Shown here in pieces: positions 28,723-32,653 of a stretch of 32,653 nucleotides of DNA. Location: the IMG/VR virus record IMGVR_UViG_2541047739_000007, one strand, 5' to 3'. Positions within the stretch are counted from its first letter, which is position 1; each line of letters starts with the position of its first letter. Source of the DNA: a virus (lineage: Duplodnaviria > Heunggongvirae > Uroviricota > Caudoviricetes). The notes below the pieces were generated by a model. It saw only the letters and a program-made list of their open reading frames with translations, did no database searches and was not told the DNA's origin. The position numbers were made by a program, and so were the translations under genes.

Positions 28723-31276
28723 ACCGGTAGGCGATCTGGTCGTTGATTTGAGTCTGGATGCGGCCAGATTTGACGAGCAGATGGCCAGAGTCAGGCGTCA
28801 TTTTTCCGGTACGGAAAGTGATGCGAAAAAAACAGCGGCAGTCGTTGAACAGTCGCTGAGCCGACAGGCGCTGGCTGCACAGAAAGCGGGGATTTCCGTC
28901 GGGCAGTATAAAGCCGCCATGCGTATGCTGCCTGCACAGTTCACCGACGTGGCCACGCAGCTTGCCGGCGGGCAAAGTCCGTGGCTGATCCTGCTGCAAC
29001 AGGGGGGGCAGGTGAAGGACTCCTTCGGCGGGATGATCCCCATGTTCAGGGGGCTTGCCGGTGCGATCACCCTGCCGATGGTGGGGGCCACCTCGCTGGC
29101 GGTGGCGACCGGTGCGCTGGCGTATGCCTGGTATCAGGGCAACTCAACCCTGTCCGATTTCAACAAAACGCTGGTCCTTTCCGGCAATCAGGCGGGACTG
29201 ACGGCAGATCGTATGCTGGTCCTGTCCAGAGCCGGGCAGGCGGCAGGGCTGACGTTTAACCAGACCAGCGAGTCACTGACGGCGCTGGTGAATGCCGGTG
29301 TGCGTGGTGAGGAGCAGTTTGAGGCGATCAGCCAGAGTGTGGCGCGTTTCTCCTCTGCATCCGGCGTGGAGGTGGACAAGGTCGCTGAAGCCTTCGGGAA
29401 GCTGACCACAGACCCGACGTCGGGACTGACAGCGATGGCACGCCAGTTCCATAACGTGACGGCGGAGCAGATTGCGTATGTTGCTCAGTTGCAGCGTTCC
29501 GGCGATGAAGCCGGGGCATTGCAGGCGGCGAACGAGGCCGCAACGAAAGGGTTTGATGACCAGACCCGCCGCCTGAAAGAGAACATGGGCACGCTGGAGA
29601 CCTGGGCAGACAGGACTGCGCGGGCATTCAAATCCATGTGGGATGCGGTGCTGGATATTGGTCGTCCTGATACCGCGCAGGAGATGCTGATTAAGGCAGA
29701 GGCTGCGTTTAAGAAAGCAGACGACATCTGGAATCTGCGCAAGGATGATTATTTTGTTAACGATGAAGCGCGGGCGCGTTACTGGGATGATCGTGAAAAG
29801 GCCCGTCTTGCGCTTGAAGCCGCCCGAAAGAAGGCTGAGCAGCAGACTCAACAGGACAAAAATGCGCAGCAGCAGAGCGATACCGAAGCGTCACGGCTGA
29901 AATATACCGAAGAGGCGCAGAAGGCTTACGAACGGCTGCAGACGCCGCTGGAGAAATATACCGCCCGTCAGGAAGAACTGAACAAGGCACTGAAAGACGG
30001 GAAAATCCTGCAGGCGGATTACAACACGCTGATGGCGGCGGCGAAAAAGGATTATGAAGCGACGCTGAAAAAGCCGAAACAGTCCGGCGTGAAGGTGTCT
30101 GCGGGCGATCGTCAGGAAGACAGTGCTCATGCTGCCCTGCTGACGCTTCAGGCAGAACTCCGGACGCTGGAGAAGCATGCCGGAGCAAATGAGAAAATCA
30201 GCCAGCAGCGCCGGGATTTGTGGAAGGCGGAGAGTCAGTTCGCGGTACTGGAGGAGGCGGCGCAACGTCGCCAGCTGTCTGCACAGGAGAAATCCCTGCT
30301 GGCGCATAAAGATGAGACGCTGGAGTACAAACGCCAGCTGGCTGCACTTGGCGACAAGGTTACGTATCAGGAGCGCCTGAACGCGCTGGCGCAGCAGGCG
30401 GATAAATTCGCACAGCAGCAACGGGCAAAACGGGCCGCCATTGATGCGAAAAGCCGGGGGCTGACTGACCGGCAGGCAGAACGGGAAGCCACGGAACAGC
30501 GCCTGAAGGAACAGTATGGCGATAATCCGCTGGCGCTGAATAACGTCATGTCAGAGCAGAAAAAGACCTGGGCGGCTGAAGACCAGCTTCGCGGGAACTG
30601 GATGGCAGGCCTGAAGTCCGGCTGGAGTGAGTGGGAAGAGAGCGCCACGGACAGTATGTCGCAGGTAAAAAGTGCAGCCACGCAGACCTTTGATGGTATT
30701 GCACAGAATATGGCGGCGATGCTGACCGGCAGTGAGCAGAACTGGCGCAGCTTCACCCGTTCCGTGCTGTCCATGATGACAGAAATTCTGCTTAAGCAGG
30801 CAATGGTGGGGATTGTCGGGAGTATCGGCAGCGCCATTGGCGGGGCTGTTGGTGGCGGCGCATCCGCGTCAGGCGGTACAGCCATTCAGGCCGCTGCGGC
30901 GAAATTCCATTTTGCAACCGGAGGATTTACGGGAACCGGCGGCAAATATGAGCCAGCGGGGATTGTTCACCGTGGTGAGTTTGTCTTCACGAAGGAGGCA
31001 ACCAGCCGGATTGGCGTGGGGAATCTTTACCGGCTGATGCGCGGCTATGCCACCGGCGGTTATGTCGGTACACCGGGCAGCATGGCAGACAGCCGGTCGC
31101 AGGCGTCCGGGACGTTTGAGCAGAATAACCATGTGGTGATTAACAACGACGGCACGAACGGGCAGATAGGTCCGGCTGCTCTGAAGGCGGTGTATGACAT
31201 GGCCCGCAAGGGTGCCCGTGATGAAATTCAGACACAGATGCGTGATGGTGGCCTGTTCTCCGGAGGTGGACGATGA
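28715..31276 (+). CDS. H: Tail tape-measure protein
   Basis: 853 aa MAEPVGDLVVDLSLDAARFDEQMARVRRHF..., long coiled-coil, lambda gpH. Confidence 0.95.
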   Translation: MAEPVGDLVVDLSLDAARFDEQMARVRRHFSGTESDAKKTAAVVEQSLSRQALAAQKAGISVGQYKAAMRMLPAQFTDVATQLAGGQSPWLILLQQGGQVKDSFGGMIPMFRGLAGAITLPMVGATSLAVATGALAYAWYQGNSTLSDFNKTLVLSGNQAGLTADRMLVLSRAGQAAGLTFNQTSESLTALVNAGVRGEEQFEAISQSVARFSSASGVEVDKVAEAFGKLTTDPTSGLTAMARQFHNVTAEQIAYVAQLQRSGDEAGALQAANEAATKGFDDQTRRLKENMGTLETWADRTARAFKSMWDAVLDIGRPDTAQEMLIKAEAAFKKADDIWNLRKDDYFVNDEARARYWDDREKARLALEAARKKAEQQTQQDKNAQQQSDTEASRLKYTEEAQKAYERLQTPLEKYTARQEELNKALKDGKILQADYNTLMAAAKKDYEATLKKPKQSGVKVSAGDRQEDSAHAALLTLQAELRTLEKHAGANEKISQQRRDLWKAESQFAVLEEAAQRRQLSAQEKSLLAHKDETLEYKRQLAALGDKVTYQERLNALAQQADKFAQQQRAKRAAIDAKSRGLTDRQAEREATEQRLKEQYGDNPLALNNVMSEQKKTWAAEDQLRGNWMAGLKSGWSEWEESATDSMSQVKSAATQTFDGIAQNMAAMLTGSEQNWRSFTRSVLSMMTEILLKQAMVGIVGSIGSAIGGAVGGGASASGGTAIQAAAAKFHFATGGFTGTGGKYEPAGIVHRGEFVFTKEATSRIGVGNLYRLMRGYATGGYVGTPGSMADSRSQASGTFEQNNHVVINNDGTNGQIGPAALKAVYDMARKGARDEIQTQMRDGGLFSGGGR

Positions 31277-31602
31277 AGACCTTCCGCTGGAAAGTGAAAC
31301 CAGGTATGGATGTGGCTTCGGTCCCTTCTGTAAGAAAGGTGCGCTTTGGTGATGGCTATTCTCAGCGAGCGCCTGCCGGGCTGAATGCCAACCTGAAAAC
31401 GTACAGCGTGACGCTTTCTGTCCCCCGTGAGGAGGCCACGGTACTGGAGTCGTTTCTGGAAGAGCACGGGGGCTGGAAATCCTTTCTGTGGACGCCGCCT
31501 TATGAGTGGCGGCAGATAAAGGTGACCTGCGCAAAATGGTCGTCGCGGGTCAGTATGCTGCGTGTTGAGTTCAGCGCAGAGTTTGAACAGGTGGTGAACT
31601 GA
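31273..31602 (+). CDS. M: Minor tail protein M
   Basis: MKTFRWKVKPGMDVASVPSVRKVRFGDGYSQRA..., lambda gpM; ATGA overlap with H. Confidence 0.9.
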   Translation: MKTFRWKVKPGMDVASVPSVRKVRFGDGYSQRAPAGLNANLKTYSVTLSVPREEATVLESFLEEHGGWKSFLWTPPYEWRQIKVTCAKWSSRVSMLRVEFSAEFEQVVN

Positions 31603-32300
31603 TGCAGGATATCCGGCAGGAAACACTGAATGAATGCACCCGTGCGGAGCAGTCGGCCAGCGTGGTGCTCTGGGAAATCGACCTGACAGAGGTCGGTGGA
31701 GAACGTTATTTTTTCTGTAATGAGCAGAACGAAAAAGGTGAGCCGGTCACCTGGCAGGGGCGACAGTATCAGCCGTATCCCATTCAGGGGAGCGGTTTTG
31801 AACTGAATGGCAAAGGCACCAGTACGCGCCCCACGCTGACGGTTTCTAACCTGTACGGTATGGTCACCGGGATGGCGGAAGATATGCAGAGTCTGGTCGG
31901 CGGAACGGTGGTCCGGCGTAAGGTTTACGCCCGTTTTCTGGATGCGGTGAACTTCGTCAACGGAAACAGTGACGCCGATCCGGAGCAGGAGGTGATCAGC
32001 CGCTGGCGCATTGAGCAGTGCAGCGAACTGAGCGCGGTGAGTGCCTCCTTTGTACTGTCCACGCCGACGGAAACGGATGGCGCTGTTTTTCCGGGACGTA
32101 TCATGCTGGCCAACACCTGCACCTGGACCTATCGCGGTGACGAGTGCGGTTATAGCGGTCCGGCTGTCGCGGATGAATATGACCAGCCAACGTCCGATAT
32201 CACGAAGGATAAATGCAGCAAATGCCTGAGCGGTTGTAAGTTCCGCAATAACGTCGGCAACTTTGGCGGCTTCCTTTCCATTAACAAACTTTCGCAGTAA
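31602..32300 (+). CDS. L: Minor tail protein L
   Basis: MQDIRQETLNECTRAEQSASVVLWEIDLTEVGGERYFF..., lambda gpL with C-terminal Cys cluster. Confidence 0.9.
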   Translation: MQDIRQETLNECTRAEQSASVVLWEIDLTEVGGERYFFCNEQNEKGEPVTWQGRQYQPYPIQGSGFELNGKGTSTRPTLTVSNLYGMVTGMAEDMQSLVGGTVVRRKVYARFLDAVNFVNGNSDADPEQEVISRWRIEQCSELSAVSASFVLSTPTETDGAVFPGRIMLANTCTWTYRGDECGYSGPAVADEYDQPTSDITKDKCSKCLSGCKFRNNVGNFGGFLSINKLSQ

Positions 32301-32305
32301 ATCCC

Positions 32306-32653
32306 ATGACACAGACAGAATCAGCGATTCTGGCGCACGCCCGGCGATGTGCGCCAGCGGAGTCGTGCGGCTTCGTGGTAAGCACGCCGGAGGGGGAAAG
32401 ATATTTCCCCTGCGTGAATATCTCCGGTGAGCCGGAGGCGTATTTCCGTATGTCGCCGGAAGACTGGCTGCAGGCAGAAATGCAGGGTGAGATTGTGGCG
32501 CTGGTCCACAGCCACCCCGGTGGCCTGCCCTGGCTGAGTGAGGCCGACCGGCGGCTGCAGGTGCAGAGTGATTTGCCGTGGTGGCTGGTCTGCCGGGGGA
32601 CGATTCATAAGTTCCGCTGTGTGCCGCATCTCACCGGGCGGCGCTTTGAGCAC
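32306..32653 (+). CDS. K: Tail assembly protein K, 5' part only (runs off the window end)
   Basis: MTQTESAILAHARRCAPAESCGFVVSTPEGERYFPCVNISGE...HSHPGG (JAMM-type motif); no stop within the window, so absent from the ORF track. Confidence 0.85.
   Translation, partial: MTQTESAILAHARRCAPAESCGFVVSTPEGERYFPCVNISGEPEAYFRMSPEDWLQAEMQGEIVALVHSHPGGLPWLSEADRRLQVQSDLPWWLVCRGTIHKFRCVPHLTGRRFEH

Noticed and set aside
32321-32653. 110-aa minus-strand ORF at the right edge
   Set aside because: The plus strand here encodes the recognisable N-terminus of tail protein K (MTQTESAILAHARRC...), which is missing from the track only because its stop lies beyond the window.

Overview
The window is a near-complete lambdoid prophage read from its integrase end, and it is a mosaic. 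From left to right: a P22-type int/xis pair and an early-left gene set that resembles CPS-53 yfdT-yfdP (from memory), one gene of which is split by an IS1 insertion with a 9-bp target duplication; a GC-rich, repeat-dense non-coding block; an orphan plus-strand gene next to the immunity region; a divergent cI (S24 self-cleaving type) / cro switch; an O-like replication initiator with iterons inside the gene; a Dam-type methyltransferase; a protein consisting only of a LexA DNA-binding domain; RusA; an SOS-box-preceded KilA-N gene; a Q-like antiterminator; an opposite-strand OmpC-family porin; a phage-21-type pinholin / SAR-endolysin / Rz-Rz1 lysis cassette; the lambda cos site; and lambda-type packaging, head and tail genes Nu1 through K (K runs off the window end). 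The best candidates for an undescribed function are (1) the orphan coiled-coil/zinc-ribbon gene at 5215-5728 together with the structured block at 4790-5200, (2) the LexA-DBD-only protein plus the SOS box in front of the KilA-N gene, and (3) a ribbon-helix-helix plus small-ORF pair in AT-rich DNA just left of cos. No tRNA, rRNA or CRISPR array was seen. All family assignments are from reading the translations and from memory, not from database searches.
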